Part shown: positions 1-11,100 of the stretch, piece by piece
Layout: every line of letters starts with the position of its first letter
How positions within the stretch are numbered: position 1 is the stretch's first letter
IMG/VR virus record: IMGVR_UViG_3300020457_000004
Span: 73,117 to 137,116 of that record
Direction: 5' to 3' (one strand)
DNA from: a virus
Length of the DNA stretch: 64,000 nt
Notes under the pieces: model-generated
The model's database searches: none
What the model was told of the DNA's origin: nothing
Seen by the model: the letters and a program-made list of their open reading frames with translations, nothing else
Made by a program: the position numbers and the translations under genes

Positions 1-3000
1 ACATGCTTTATATTTAATTTGAGCTTCTGGGAATTCTTTAACAGTCATGTTAGTTCTAAGACTATTAAAGGTCTTGTTAAAGATACTGGCAATCTTAAAT
101 GAAGTATTCCTATTGAATCCTTGTTCTCCGTCAGCAGTAACAGGGTCACCTGTTCCCAAGACATCACCTACAGCAAAAAGGAAGTCAGAATCACCAGCGT
201 AAGCAGCATCTATTGTTTCTTTATCATAGATGATTTCCATCTTTTCTGTTCGTGGGTCTACTTCGTCTATCTGTCCGTGTTTAATCTTTAATGTAAATGT
301 AGCACCAGAACCACCAGTAGGAGTAACAGAAGCCTGTCCTGTAGTTGGTATAGAAACATTAGCAGGAAAATCACTTGCTCTTTGTGGTTTAAATCCTATA
401 CCAGCATCATGAATTTCTACTCCAGTTACTACACCAGAACTTACTGAAGTTACTTTTAATTTGACTCCAGAACCAGAAAGATTATTACTGGATGAAGCAG
501 TAGCAGTCTGGACATTAATTGCGTTCAATGTAATAATATCATTGACACTATAACCAGAACCACCACCAGCGATACCAACTTTAAATGTATGAACATCTTG
601 TCCATCAATCGGTCTACCGTTTAGATAATCTGAAGCAGTAATAAATTCTGCATCTTCGTTTACAAACTCGCATGTTCCAGAACCAACTGTAAATCTTTCA
701 TAGAAAGCCACATATTTCAAGTCTTCTGTTTGGTGAGGACTCCAAGCCCTGTTGTTTGATGAAGTAAATAACATTCCAGCGATATCAGTTTCTTCCGCAG
801 TTACCCTTTCTTCTGTTCCTATTTTATTTTCACCTAACTTAGAACACCAAACATTGTAATTGGGGTCATTTCGTTGAGGCATAAGAACCATGGCGTATTC
901 TTCATTTGGTGCGACATAAATTGGTTCATCAAACTCAAAGTCTGTAGCAACATCTGCTGTAAACTGATAGTTAGTTTGTCTACCACCAGATATATCTGGA
1001 GTTGTTTTTACTTCTGATGCTTTTAAGAACTTCCTAGCACCAGAAAGAACTACATCGGTTGGGAACCCATTTAAAACTTTTCTAAGTTCACATGTAATAC
1101 CCTGTCCAGTATCAGTTGCTGAATTTGCAACATTAGCAGATTGGCCTGGTCTGTCTCTAAACCAAACTCTCATTTTCTTTATAAATGCTCCACTTGGTGC
1201 ATCACCGATACCAAATGTTTGAGCGATTGGGTCTCCCCTTCTTATAGGTGGATGGTGAATAAATGTTGGTGAGGTAACATCAAGTCTGGCGTTTAAGTCT
1301 GCATTGAGAGTCATTTCGCCTGGCTGAAGGTCTACATCTGTAACCATTGTTCCTTTCTTTTCAAGTACTGGTTCACCTACAGTAGTTGAAGTAGTCATCG
1401 CGTGTTGTTCGTAAACTATATCTGTTTCCTTTTGGAAAACATTCATGGCAAAAGCAGAGTAAATATTTTCTGCTGATGTTGTTACAAAATTGTATCTATC
1501 TTCTGGGTCATCTGTTACTCGCATCCTTCTTGTACCTACGGCAAATGTAGGTAGTCCAGCAGCTTCCGCTGAACCATCATTACCTCTTGGTAACCAGTAA
1601 ACAAAAGCAGCGTCACCGTTTGAGTCAGTAACAATAGGTGAACCTATATCAGCAGGAGCAGAAGCACTAAACAGATAGTTTTTACTTTCATCTTCAACAC
1701 CACCCAAAGGAGCGGCATTTAATCTTGCACCTAAGAATATGTGTCCTGTTCTGGAACCAGATGCTTTCCATGCTGGAATCAGAGCGTCAAACCCGCCTGG
1801 GTCACAAGGACAACATCTATCATCTTGTCTGATATCATCAAAGTAGAAATATAATCTTGTGTTGGGTTTCATTCTGCGAACCCTAACACCTATTCTGTTT
1901 CCTCTCATGTTTGGTAGTAGAGAAACATCCGTAACAAAGTTACCTAATGGGTGTACTTGAGTGTCTACAGCGGATGCTGTCGCGGTGGTTATTATGGAAG
2001 TAGTTTTCTGTACAATGTCTTGAACCTCCATAGTTTGAGTAGCAGTTGCACTCGCAGAAATTGTACCGCCAATATCACCAGTTACCGAACCATCTCCTCT
2101 TTGTTCAAACCATCCATTTCTTGCACCGCCATTTAGTGTTGTAATACTTTGTGATACATCACCAGTAATTGTTCCAGTTGCGTCAGTTTCACCAGAAATT
2201 GTAATCGCTTCTTTTTCAACTGGTCGGGTTCCCCCCTCAACAAAACTTCCATCTGAATTTAACAAACCAGCTTCAAAACTAGTTTCAAATCTAACAGCAT
2301 TATCACTATTATTAAAAGAGTCAACTTGAGCTTGAACAGCGGCAGCATTTGATAATGTAATTACATTTTTCTGTTGTTGAGTTTTAAAAGTAGCACCCGA
2401 ATCTGAACGAGGGAATAAATCCATTTCACCGTCATAGTTAAACAACAATTCACCTACACAGTTTCTTACCTTAGTTGCGAATCTATTTTCTAATCCAGCT
2501 TCTAAAACAAAAGGTCTTGTAATTGAACTACCTTGTTGAACCCACCCAGAAGTGCCATGTGTGTCATTTAATTTTAAGTCTACTTGATAGTCATCAAAGT
2601 TAGGCCCTAATCTTTTCTTCTGAGAATCATAAGAAGCAGCATAACTTGGGTCTGATAAATCACTTAGTAGGTCTCCATCAAATGAGTTTACATAGATACC
2701 ATTTTTAAATCTATCATTTCCGTTTGAGTCTAGAATAACTTGGTCTTTTGCTTGCATTTCCATTAGACTTAAAGCAAGATAATATTCTAGTCTATCAATT
2801 CTTTTTGAGATTGCACCAATGTCTCTCATGGTGAATCGTCTATGTTGTCCCTCTAGTTTATGAAAGACAGCATTTAATTCTTGTCCAAATCTAGCAGCAA
2901 GTCCTGGCGCCAATGATGGGAAAGGTGGAATTTGTATTTCAGCAATCTGCATTGCATCATCCATAGATGGCCCTTTAGCAGGCAGAGCAGATATACCCTC

Positions 3001-6000
3001 GACAATCTTCATCTGACCAGATTTACTTATAACAAGTTTATCTATTCTAGGCAGATAGTATTCTACATCTGTTGTAAAATTACTATTAGGTGTCGGGAAT
3101 TGAATACCGTTTGAAGGTAAATCAAAATCATCTGTAGGATATGGATTTTCAGTAGCAACTTCTAATGTTGTAGCAGATACAGCAGTCTGTTTACTTCTTG
3201 GTCTAAAATCAATCGCATCCCTAAGATTAAAGTTACCTAGTTTTTTAGAATTGTGATAAGGAATTTCAAATGTGTATATACCAGTAGCACCAGTATCGTC
3301 TACTGGATAAGAATCTTTTGCAAAGTATGTTCCATTTGAACCACCATAGTTAGCGGTAAAGTGACTCAATTTAACTGTTAAAAGTTTGTCTGTTGTGTTG
3401 AGAGAACTTGTTGCTTTTTTAACTATTTTTGAGTGACCATAGAAGTTATCGTTCTGTCCAGTATCTAAAATAAAATCTTTTTTATGGTTAATTTTATTAT
3501 CTGAATCGTCTAAGTATGTGTTTAAGTCTGAAGAAACATATATCGCTTCAATTTCCTTAACATCTACTATACCAAGAGGCCATGGCCCGTTTGCACCGCC
3601 GACATTATCTCGCGTGTCAATCTTGACATATCTACCAGTATTGAGTGCTTTTGGTACTGGAACAGCATCAACTACTTTTACTTCTACTTGTAAGTAAGCG
3701 TCATATGTTCCACTAGGTGTACCAACATCAAACTCCATTGTTTGACCGTTAGCAGCAGCTGTAACCATGCTTGGGGTAATTCTAATAACTCGACCTTCAG
3801 AACCAGAAATAGTAGTACCATCACCAATATCTGTGATACCAGAAGTCTTACATACCATGTAAATTTTATTATCTAATATTGTCTGTGTCAAACCAGCAAC
3901 ACTATATGGGAATATTACTTCTGAACCAAGTGATGCAGTACTGATACTAAACTGACCATTAGCAGGAACACTTACATTGAATTCTTCTGTATAAAAATAT
4001 TGAGTATCATATGTTCCACCACCAGCAGCTGCAAGGGTCTTAGTTGACTGCCAAGGTGCTTGATAAACTAATTTGTTGTAATCTGTTCCGTGTACAAAAG
4101 CAGTATCACCAGTTCCATTTCCAGTTGTATCATCGAGTATGATGTCAGCGAAACCACTATCAGTAGAATTTGGGAATTGAATACATCTCGCGTCCCCAAT
4201 TTTTCCATCTCGTATTCTTACATCATATACAAAAAGTCTGTATTGTGTAGCAGCAGCGCCTGGGTTTCCAGATGCCCTCTTTAAGGCACGAACCCTACAT
4301 GTACCAATAGTTGTTCCTAAAGCAGCATGTCCACCAAATGTTCCATCTGAGTGAGCGGCTGCACCTGTCTGTGAACCTATACTTCCAAAGAATCCAATAT
4401 TACATACCCCACCATTTTCTATATCAAATGTACCAACAACTTCTTTAACATTAAAATAGTTACCATATCCTAATGTGACATCTCTAGATTCTTTGGTTTC
4501 TGTAGATGTTCCTTTTCTAATTTTTATTGGTTGGTTTTTGAAATATTCTCTTCGGAATCCATTTGCGTATGCAATGCCTGGCGAAACAAGTGCCATAAGC
4601 GCATTTGCATCGCCTGGGTCTGTAGCGTTTGTACTAAATCTATATCCTTCGTTATCTATTCTATATGATACACCTCTGTAACCAAAACTTACTGTGCCAC
4701 TAAGAACATCTCCACTTGTATGTACTGGTGGAGTACCAGAATTAGAGGTTCCAGCAATATTCACTTCATAAAGATTACCTAAGTGATTTACATATTGACC
4801 CACACTATAATTGGTATTTGTTGATGTATTAAAAGTTACACCTTTTAATGTTTTTAAATGCTCTACTATTTTTATAGTAAACGGTTCAATTACATAATCA
4901 CCATCTGTTTCATTTTTCTCTACAGCAAGAGCTTTACCGAGTTCTGCAAGTTCATTTAATCTGGTATCATATTTCTTTTGTATCTGTCCTTGTTTTACTT
5001 TATAAAGAGCAGTAAACCCAGTTGGCATTTCAAAATATTTAAATACCACAGTACCATCTGTCGCGTTACCTGTAGTATGAGTTGGGCCATCACCAACTGA
5101 ATTAGTTGTACCAGAGGTAGTAACTTCGTAAATGTTATCACCGTTTGATATAAACTCACCGATTTCATATATTGTTGAGTTAGCGTAATCTTTTCCGTAT
5201 GGAACTTTTGTAATTACGGTGTCTATTTTAGTTCTATCGGCGCCTGGTGCATTAAAGTTGAAAGCACCTGTAGCGGGGTCTAGAAGACTTGAATCATCAT
5301 CTGAAGTTACAATTGACTCATTTACTTTGATACCAACAAAGAAGTTGACATTCATATTGAAATCGTCAAGTCTTAGTGTCTGAGTATCATGAGCAATAAA
5401 TTTACCTTGAGCGTATATAATACCTTCTTCTATAACAAAGTCTATCGCGTACCCATAAAAGTTTTTGGTAAAACTAGCAATGTCTGTATTATTATCTACA
5501 ACAAAGGTATCTCCGTTTCTTCCAGAGTCAGTACTAGTTACAGTTAATGTTTCTCCTGCCTCAAATCTTATTGAAGATTCAATAATACCAGATTCTAATT
5601 CATTACCTTTGGTGTAGTTAAGATAAAATGTTTTCTTTTTAACTGCATCTGTGTCACTTCCAGTTTTACAATCTTTAATTTCTGCTTTGATTCCTGTCGT
5701 AGAACCAGTTATTGTGTCGCCAATATAATTTGCAAGAGTGTCATTTGATACGGCAGTACCAGAAGAATCAACATCGTTAATTTTAATATAAGGGACAAGG
5801 ACAGGATATCCAGAACCACCTCTTACTGTAGCACCATCGGTGAATACAAAATCACCAAATTCTTTTATGGTGTTTAACACATAATCTTGTAACTGGGTTA
5901 ACTCTCTGGCTTGTACCGCAACTCCAGGCTTGAAGACTACGCGATTAAACTTTTTCGCTGCTGAAAAATCGTTATAATAAGGTGTTACATTTAAATCAAT

Positions 6001-6006
6001 CGCCAT
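1..6006 (-). CDS. Large virion structural protein, DUF4815/VrlC-like (partial, runs off the left edge; at least 2002 codons)
   Basis: Missing from the ORF track, presumably because no stop codon falls inside the window. ATG at 6006 reads MAIDLNVTPYYNDFSAAKKFNRVVFKPGVAVQARELTQLQ, the typical N-terminus of this T4-like family. Segments spot-checked downstream are in frame, e.g. the FNFNAPGADR and GDPIAQTF motifs. Confidence 0.85.
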   Translation of the reverse strand, partial: MAIDLNVTPYYNDFSAAKKFNRVVFKPGVAVQARELTQLQDYVLNTIKEFGDFVFTDGATVRGGSGYPVLVPYIKINDVDSSGTAVSNDTLANYIGDTITGSTTGIKAEIKDCKTGSDTDAVKKKTFYLNYTKGNELESGIIESSIRFEAGETLTVTSTDSGRNGDTFVVDNNTDIASFTKNFYGYAIDFVIEEGIIYAQGKFIAHDTQTLRLDDFNMNVNFFVGIKVNESIVTSDDDSSLLDPATGAFNFNAPGADRTKIDTVITKVPYGKDYANSTIYEIGEFISNGDNIYEVTTSGTTNSVGDGPTHTTGNATDGTVVFKYFEMPTGFTALYKVKQGQIQKKYDTRLNELAELGKALAVEKNETDGDYVIEPFTIKIVEHLKTLKGVTFNTSTNTNYSVGQYVNHLGNLYEVNIAGTSNSGTPPVHTSGDVLSGTVSFGYRGVSYRIDNEGYRFSTNATDPGDANALMALVSPGIAYANGFRREYFKNQPIKIRKGTSTETKESRDVTLGYGNYFNVKEVVGTFDIENGGVCNIGFFGSIGSQTGAAAHSDGTFGGHAALGTTIGTCRVRALKRASGNPGAAATQYRLFVYDVRIRDGKIGDARCIQFPNSTDSGFADIILDDTTGNGTGDTAFVHGTDYNKLVYQAPWQSTKTLAAAGGGTYDTQYFYTEEFNVSVPANGQFSISTASLGSEVIFPYSVAGLTQTILDNKIYMVCKTSGITDIGDGTTISGSEGRVIRITPSMVTAAANGQTMEFDVGTPSGTYDAYLQVEVKVVDAVPVPKALNTGRYVKIDTRDNVGGANGPWPLGIVDVKEIEAIYVSSDLNTYLDDSDNKINHKKDFILDTGQNDNFYGHSKIVKKATSSLNTTDKLLTVKLSHFTANYGGSNGTYFAKDSYPVDDTGATGIYTFEIPYHNSKKLGNFNLRDAIDFRPRSKQTAVSATTLEVATENPYPTDDFDLPSNGIQFPTPNSNFTTDVEYYLPRIDKLVISKSGQMKIVEGISALPAKGPSMDDAMQIAEIQIPPFPSLAPGLAARFGQELNAVFHKLEGQHRRFTMRDIGAISKRIDRLEYYLALSLMEMQAKDQVILDSNGNDRFKNGIYVNSFDGDLLSDLSDPSYAASYDSQKKRLGPNFDDYQVDLKLNDTHGTSGWVQQGSSITRPFVLEAGLENRFATKVRNCVGELLFNYDGEMDLFPRSDSGATFKTQQQKNVITLSNAAAVQAQVDSFNNSDNAVRFETSFEAGLLNSDGSFVEGGTRPVEKEAITISGETDATGTITGDVSQSITTLNGGARNGWFEQRGDGSVTGDIGGTISASATATQTMEVQDIVQKTTSIITTATASAVDTQVHPLGNFVTDVSLLPNMRGNRIGVRVRRMKPNTRLYFYFDDIRQDDRCCPCDPGGFDALIPAWKASGSRTGHIFLGARLNAAPLGGVEDESKNYLFSASAPADIGSPIVTDSNGDAAFVYWLPRGNDGSAEAAGLPTFAVGTRRMRVTDDPEDRYNFVTTSAENIYSAFAMNVFQKETDIVYEQHAMTTSTTVGEPVLEKKGTMVTDVDLQPGEMTLNADLNARLDVTSPTFIHHPPIRRGDPIAQTFGIGDAPSGAFIKKMRVWFRDRPGQSANVANSATDTGQGITCELRKVLNGFPTDVVLSGARKFLKASEVKTTPDISGGRQTNYQFTADVATDFEFDEPIYVAPNEEYAMVLMPQRNDPNYNVWCSKLGENKIGTEERVTAEETDIAGMLFTSSNNRAWSPHQTEDLKYVAFYERFTVGSGTCEFVNEDAEFITASDYLNGRPIDGQDVHTFKVGIAGGGSGYSVNDIITLNAINVQTATASSSNNLSGSGVKLKVTSVSSGVVTGVEIHDAGIGFKPQRASDFPANVSIPTTGQASVTPTGGSGATFTLKIKHGQIDEVDPRTEKMEIIYDKETIDAAYAGDSDFLFAVGDVLGTGDPVTADGEQGFNRNTSFKIASIFNKTFNSLRTNMTVKEFPEAQIKYKAC

Positions 6007-6016
6007 TTCTTTTCCC

Positions 6017-7615
6017 TTAGAAAGTAAATATTATTTTTACTGTCTCTACTTGACCCTCTTCTCTTGTAATAGGTTTTCTATTATCAAAGTAAACTATGTC
6101 TCCAGAGTTGTGGTCTATTTCTGGATTTGTAAGACTATTTATAGGTAAACTAGAGAGTCCTTTTGTTAAATTTGTAATTGTGTCACTAATGCCTATTCCT
6201 GCCACATCTTCCTGTAAATAAACACTATCGTCCGTTCCATTTCCTGTTGTATCTCTTAACTGTGCTACTGTAAAACTACCTCCACTTGTCGCGGTTAGTT
6301 TATCGTCTGGGCCATAATTGTTGGGGTCACTTATTCCTATGATGAAATGAGGAGAACCAGTTGCATCATCGAATAAGGTACTTAAACTATATTTAGTAAT
6401 GTTTTTCATCAACCCAACTTGTCTATAGTCGTTTCCTGTAATTAAATCTCTAGAATCATTATCAAAAGAAACTGTTACGCCCACCCTCTTACAAAACAAT
6501 TCTTTTTGTGGGTGAGCTCCGTGTCCGTCAATAGGTGATATGATAACTCTAAAAGCAGCATTAATTCCACCACCAGATGCCTGAGTAAGTTCAACACTTG
6601 CATTTGTATATCCAGAGCCTGGATTTGTTATGGTTACCCCTGTGACATTTCCATTTGTATTTACCACAGCGGCTGCAGTAGCACCAACACCATCACCTAA
6701 TATTTTTATACTTACATCACCAGCAGTATAATCTGAACCTTGATTTGTAACTACTATTTTATCAATGGTTCCTTTTACAGCAGTACCTTCCACATTTGTT
6801 TGTAAACTTGGTGTGTCTGTACTTCCAAGAACAGCATCTGCTTTCGCGTTAGCACCAGCACCACCAGTTATAACTATGTCTGCAAAAGTATATCCAGAAC
6901 CAGCACCAGTTATGGTTATAGCGGTTACTGCTCCACCACTTATAGTAGCAGCTGCAGTAGCACCAACACCATCTCCGTTTATGGTAATAGTAGGTGGTGA
7001 AGTATATCCACTTCCCCCATTACTAACTGTAATACTATCAATCTCACCGTTTACATCAAACGATGGTTGACCAGCACCAGATACTTTTCTGACTGGCATA
7101 AATGCTGTAGATAAAAACTTAGTTCTATCTGAAGCACCTATTTGAAATAAAAATTTCCATTTATAACCATCTGAGGTTGTAAATATTTCAGTTCCAGTAC
7201 TGTTTGGTTTTACGGTACTTTGTCCATTACTGTTATTATCAATACATTTGTAAACATTAAAATCGTCTGTTAAGGCATAAAAGTTTGCAGTATGTAATGA
7301 TGTAGCACCAGAATTGGATGGATTTGAGGAACTATAAGCATCATCATACCTATCATAAACCGTACCAGTTACCCAATCAATCCTACGAGCTAACATAGCC
7401 GTATCAGCAGACTGTACTCTTTTTACAAAAAGTATCTTGTCTCTGAAGTTCTGCACATCGACACGATTATCTACCGATGTATCAGGCGCAGTATCATCCG
7501 TCCATGTTTCAGTACGCGAGGCCGCAAGATAAAATTTATCATTGCCGTTATAGATGTCTCTATAGAAAGACCTCGCCTGATGAAACCTTGCCTGTTCTAG
7601 TAACAGAATGGCCAT
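6017..7615 (-). CDS. gp8: Baseplate wedge subunit gp8-like, with inserted Gly/Thr-rich GSGY repeats
   Basis: [39 protein letters not shown] and C-terminal [15 protein letters not shown]...ETVKIIFTF motifs; next to gp7. Confidence 0.9.
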   Translation of the reverse strand: MAILLLEQARFHQARSFYRDIYNGNDKFYLAASRTETWTDDTAPDTSVDNRVDVQNFRDKILFVKRVQSADTAMLARRIDWVTGTVYDRYDDAYSSSNPSNSGATSLHTANFYALTDDFNVYKCIDNNSNGQSTVKPNSTGTEIFTTSDGYKWKFLFQIGASDRTKFLSTAFMPVRKVSGAGQPSFDVNGEIDSITVSNGGSGYTSPPTITINGDGVGATAAATISGGAVTAITITGAGSGYTFADIVITGGAGANAKADAVLGSTDTPSLQTNVEGTAVKGTIDKIVVTNQGSDYTAGDVSIKILGDGVGATAAAVVNTNGNVTGVTITNPGSGYTNASVELTQASGGGINAAFRVIISPIDGHGAHPQKELFCKRVGVTVSFDNDSRDLITGNDYRQVGLMKNITKYSLSTLFDDATGSPHFIIGISDPNNYGPDDKLTATSGGSFTVAQLRDTTGNGTDDSVYLQEDVAGIGISDTITNLTKGLSSLPINSLTNPEIDHNSGDIVYFDNRKPITREEGQVETVKIIFTF

Positions 7616-7638
7616 GCACTAACTCCTTAGTTTAACTC

Positions 7639-8088
7639 TTAGGAGTCAGATACAGTAACCGTCCAAGTGATCTTTAGTGTATCAGCAGCGGCTTTGTTTA
7701 CCACAGAAAATACAGTTCTACACAGTAGCGTACCACCAGAACTAGCGTTTAAGATTCCTGCCTCAACAACCGCACCTGTACCAGTACCAGCGGGGAAGTC
7801 CCCAACATAAGCGACTGAATTTGAAGTGACAGTAGTAGAAGTAAGAGCAACCCTACCAAGTTCTGTACCTAATGCGGTATTACCAGCAGCGGCAGCAGTA
7901 TTATCTGAACCGATTGCCATATGTGACATCGCGGTAGCAGATGCATCTTTCATACGAGATGCGATATAGTTAAGACCGTTGTTTACAACGACATTTTTTA
8001 TTTCTTGGGTTTCTTTTAAGTTCCCAAACTCATCAAACAACTCAAGAGTCAATCGACCCTTAGCGTCTAAGGCATTTTTTTGCAACAT
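7639..8088 (-). CDS. Small virion structural protein (tail/baseplate-associated)
   Basis: KNVVVNNGLNYIA...MAIGS..TAAAAGNTALGTELGRV...EAGILNA pattern seen in phage tail-associated proteins; GAGGAG SD and a late promoter upstream. Confidence 0.7.
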   Translation of the reverse strand: MLQKNALDAKGRLTLELFDEFGNLKETQEIKNVVVNNGLNYIASRMKDASATAMSHMAIGSDNTAAAAGNTALGTELGRVALTSTTVTSNSVAYVGDFPAGTGTGAVVEAGILNASSGGTLLCRTVFSVVNKAAADTLKITWTVTVSDS

Positions 8089-8129
8089 TGTTATCTCCTC
8101 TAAAAATTAGTTATTGCCTTGTTATTCCT

Positions 8130-8137
8130 TATTTATA
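8130..8137 (-). promoter_or_regulatory. T4-type late promoter TATAAATA
   Basis: Exact gp55-type consensus in the intergenic region upstream of 8088. Confidence 0.75.
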
Positions 8138-8154
8138 AGAATTAAAATTAGTTT

Positions 8155-11100
8155 TTAAAAATTCACTACCGTATCAGCAACATAATCTTCGGCAAAGTAA
8201 GTTAAATCGACTGTATATGATTGTGAGATAAGACTACCACTATCACTTATAGCAGCATCTTCGTCCACGGAAGAACCTGTGAGGTCTATCTCTATATCAA
8301 GTTTAGTAATTGAATCAGCAGTATTTGAAGTATCTGTTGGGCCAGTTGTGATATCAAAATTATTTATACTGTCAGCAGTAGCACTTGTATCAGTTGGATT
8401 GACACCTATATCAAACTTATTCACACTATCTGCGGTAGCTACTGAGTCAGTAGGTCTTGGTTGTGCCTCTACAGATGGAGTGTCTTGCGTTAGTGTTGTA
8501 TCAGTACTAATCAATTGTGGTTCTATTGATAGTGTATCATCACTTGTAAATGTGTCAGCTCTACCAGCGGTTACATCAAATGCTGTTGAATCATCCGCAT
8601 TTGGTGTATCTGTTGGGTTAACTCCGATATCAAATTTATCAATCGCGTCAGCAAACAGAAGAGTCTCAACAGCACCAACACCTCTTTCTACACTTACTGA
8701 ATCTTGCATTGTAAATGAGTCAGTCGGATTTCTGAAGAATACGAATGATATCAATACAGACTCACCCATTTCTACACTATCCGTTGCGACAGCCTGAACT
8801 TCAAGTGATGTTAGTGTATCATTAGCAAAGAAGAATTCTGTACTTCTTTCGGTATCATCTGCAATAAGAACCGTATATCTACCAGCATCGTTAGCAAAGT
8901 AATCCAATGCGTATTCACCAGTATCCGTTGAATTGAAATTCATCTCTACTAGTTTTTGTGGATTACCAAGTTCTACATACGGGCCACCGTCATTTAAGAA
9001 ATAGTCACCAACACCAAATCTTTCTACATAGTCATCTGATGCAGAACTGTGTTGTTCAAAGTATGGGTCACCAGTTTCAGTTCCATCTGAAGTCGCGTAG
9101 AAAACTCTTACGGATGTACCAACAAATGTATACGGGCCTTCTTCAGATTGAATTCCAACACTCTCTGTTTGAGTAGTTGTGACATCAAATGTATTGATGG
9201 CATCGCCTGGGAAAATTGAATCAGGCCCTGCTTCTGCAATCTCAACTGCCTTAACCACACTTTCATCAACAAGAATTTCCTCAATGTCTGGATACTTGAA
9301 GAACATGTAAACATCTGTTTCAACTGTAAATCCAGCAGAGAAATCAATATCCTGTTTAATTTGTAGGTCACCATATAATGCAAAACCAGCTGGGTGAGCA
9401 GCTCGTTTGACATAATCTTTCCATTCAGATGCTTGTAATTCTGATTGTATCTGATAGGCGAATGGTTGATAAACTATGTTATCGAATAGTCTGTTTGCAT
9501 CTGATAGGAATCCACCAGCGTCACCAGCAACTCCACCTAGAACTGCATTATATCCTGTATTAAAGTCAACTAAAGCAATCTGACCAGTAGGTGATTCCAA
9601 TTCTATTTGGAAATCCTGTCTGTTAAATCCTTGTCCTACCGCGAGAACTTCAAATGTAGCAGGATATCCAACATCGTTCAATGATGTAATTCTTACATAG
9701 GCATTATTAGATACGCCTGTTAGTGTATAATCCTCTCCAAAATAATCTATAGCATAGACACCCAGAATACCACCACTTTCATTGATAACATAAGAATCAC
9801 CAATTTTAAATCCACCAGCGGTTGTGCTTGACCCATCTTTTATTGAGTTAAATTTAGCAGTATTTAAAACCCTAGTTACCATACCTTTCATAGCAGAGAA
9901 GACATCACCACTAGTGGTGTCTGGGAATACTTCTCCCGCTAAACTAACAAAGGTAAGAGTTAATCCTGTTGATATTCTAAGGTCTGGTAAATTATTATAT
10001 CCTGCCCCTTGTTGGTTATTTGTAAATAAAATTTGGTCTACAACACCATTTGTGGTTCTAGTTTCTATTAGCGCTTCTTGAGTAATAGTATCAGAAGCAT
10101 TTTCGCTTACGATAATTTGTGGGTTAGCAGCAAATCCAGTACCACCATCAATAATAATAACTTTCTTTACTTTACCATTTGTAATAGAGGCAACTTTTAT
10201 TTTAACCCCTGTTCCTGTTCCACCAAATTCAGTAGCAGGAATTTCTATTATTTCATTTGGATAATAATCAGTACCATTATCTGTCACCGTAACACTAGAT
10301 ACCGCGTTGCCAGCAATAACTACTGTAAATGTCGCACCAGAACTACCACTAGAATAATGTCCTGTAGCACTAGTTATTTCAATAAATCTAAACTTAACAT
10401 TACCATCTATAGCGTCACCCGACTCATGATTTGGCCCAGTTCCAACACCATTGGTAACTCCTTGGTTAGTAGCAAGGTATATTTTATTATTTGCTTTTAC
10501 ATATGTTCCTTTAGATATTGCTAAAGAATTATCGTAGTCAATATCAATGTAAGAAGTAAAGTCTGAATCAGTAATACTATATGTACCATCAACTACTGAG
10601 GGGTCTGGTGTGTTAAAAGAACCTCCCCCCTCTGTTCCTGTAATTGTACCTATGTCTCCTGCTACTTCTGGTTGAAGCATTTCATCATTTGAAAGACTAC
10701 CAGCGCCTGGGCCTGGCAAACTAAAAGTATTGTTTATTCCAGATAGTACAAGTTCATATGCTTGGGGGTTAGTGTAAGCAATTTTTTTGACAGATTGGAC
10801 ACTTGCTCTTTTAGTAAAAGCATTTGTAACCGAACCAGTTGATTCATAGTAATGAAGGTCTACTTGTTGACCAACAAAATTCTGTGGGTCGAAATCTTCT
10901 GTATCCGCGTTGATAAAAGTTTTTCTTTCATAAACTTTTACAACATAATCTTCTTGCCATTTACTTGAAGATGGTCTAAGTACAAACTCCTGTGCATTGA
11001 ATAGTTCTACTTCTTCATTATAAAGTATTCTGAATAAAAGTTTGATTGCTTCTCCACTACCTTTCGCAGTATAGAAGTCATTAATATTTTTTAAAACAAG

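Noticed and set aside
230-4681. Short plus-strand ORFs in the first 5 kb
   Set aside because: Antisense shadows of the long minus-strand DUF4815-like gene
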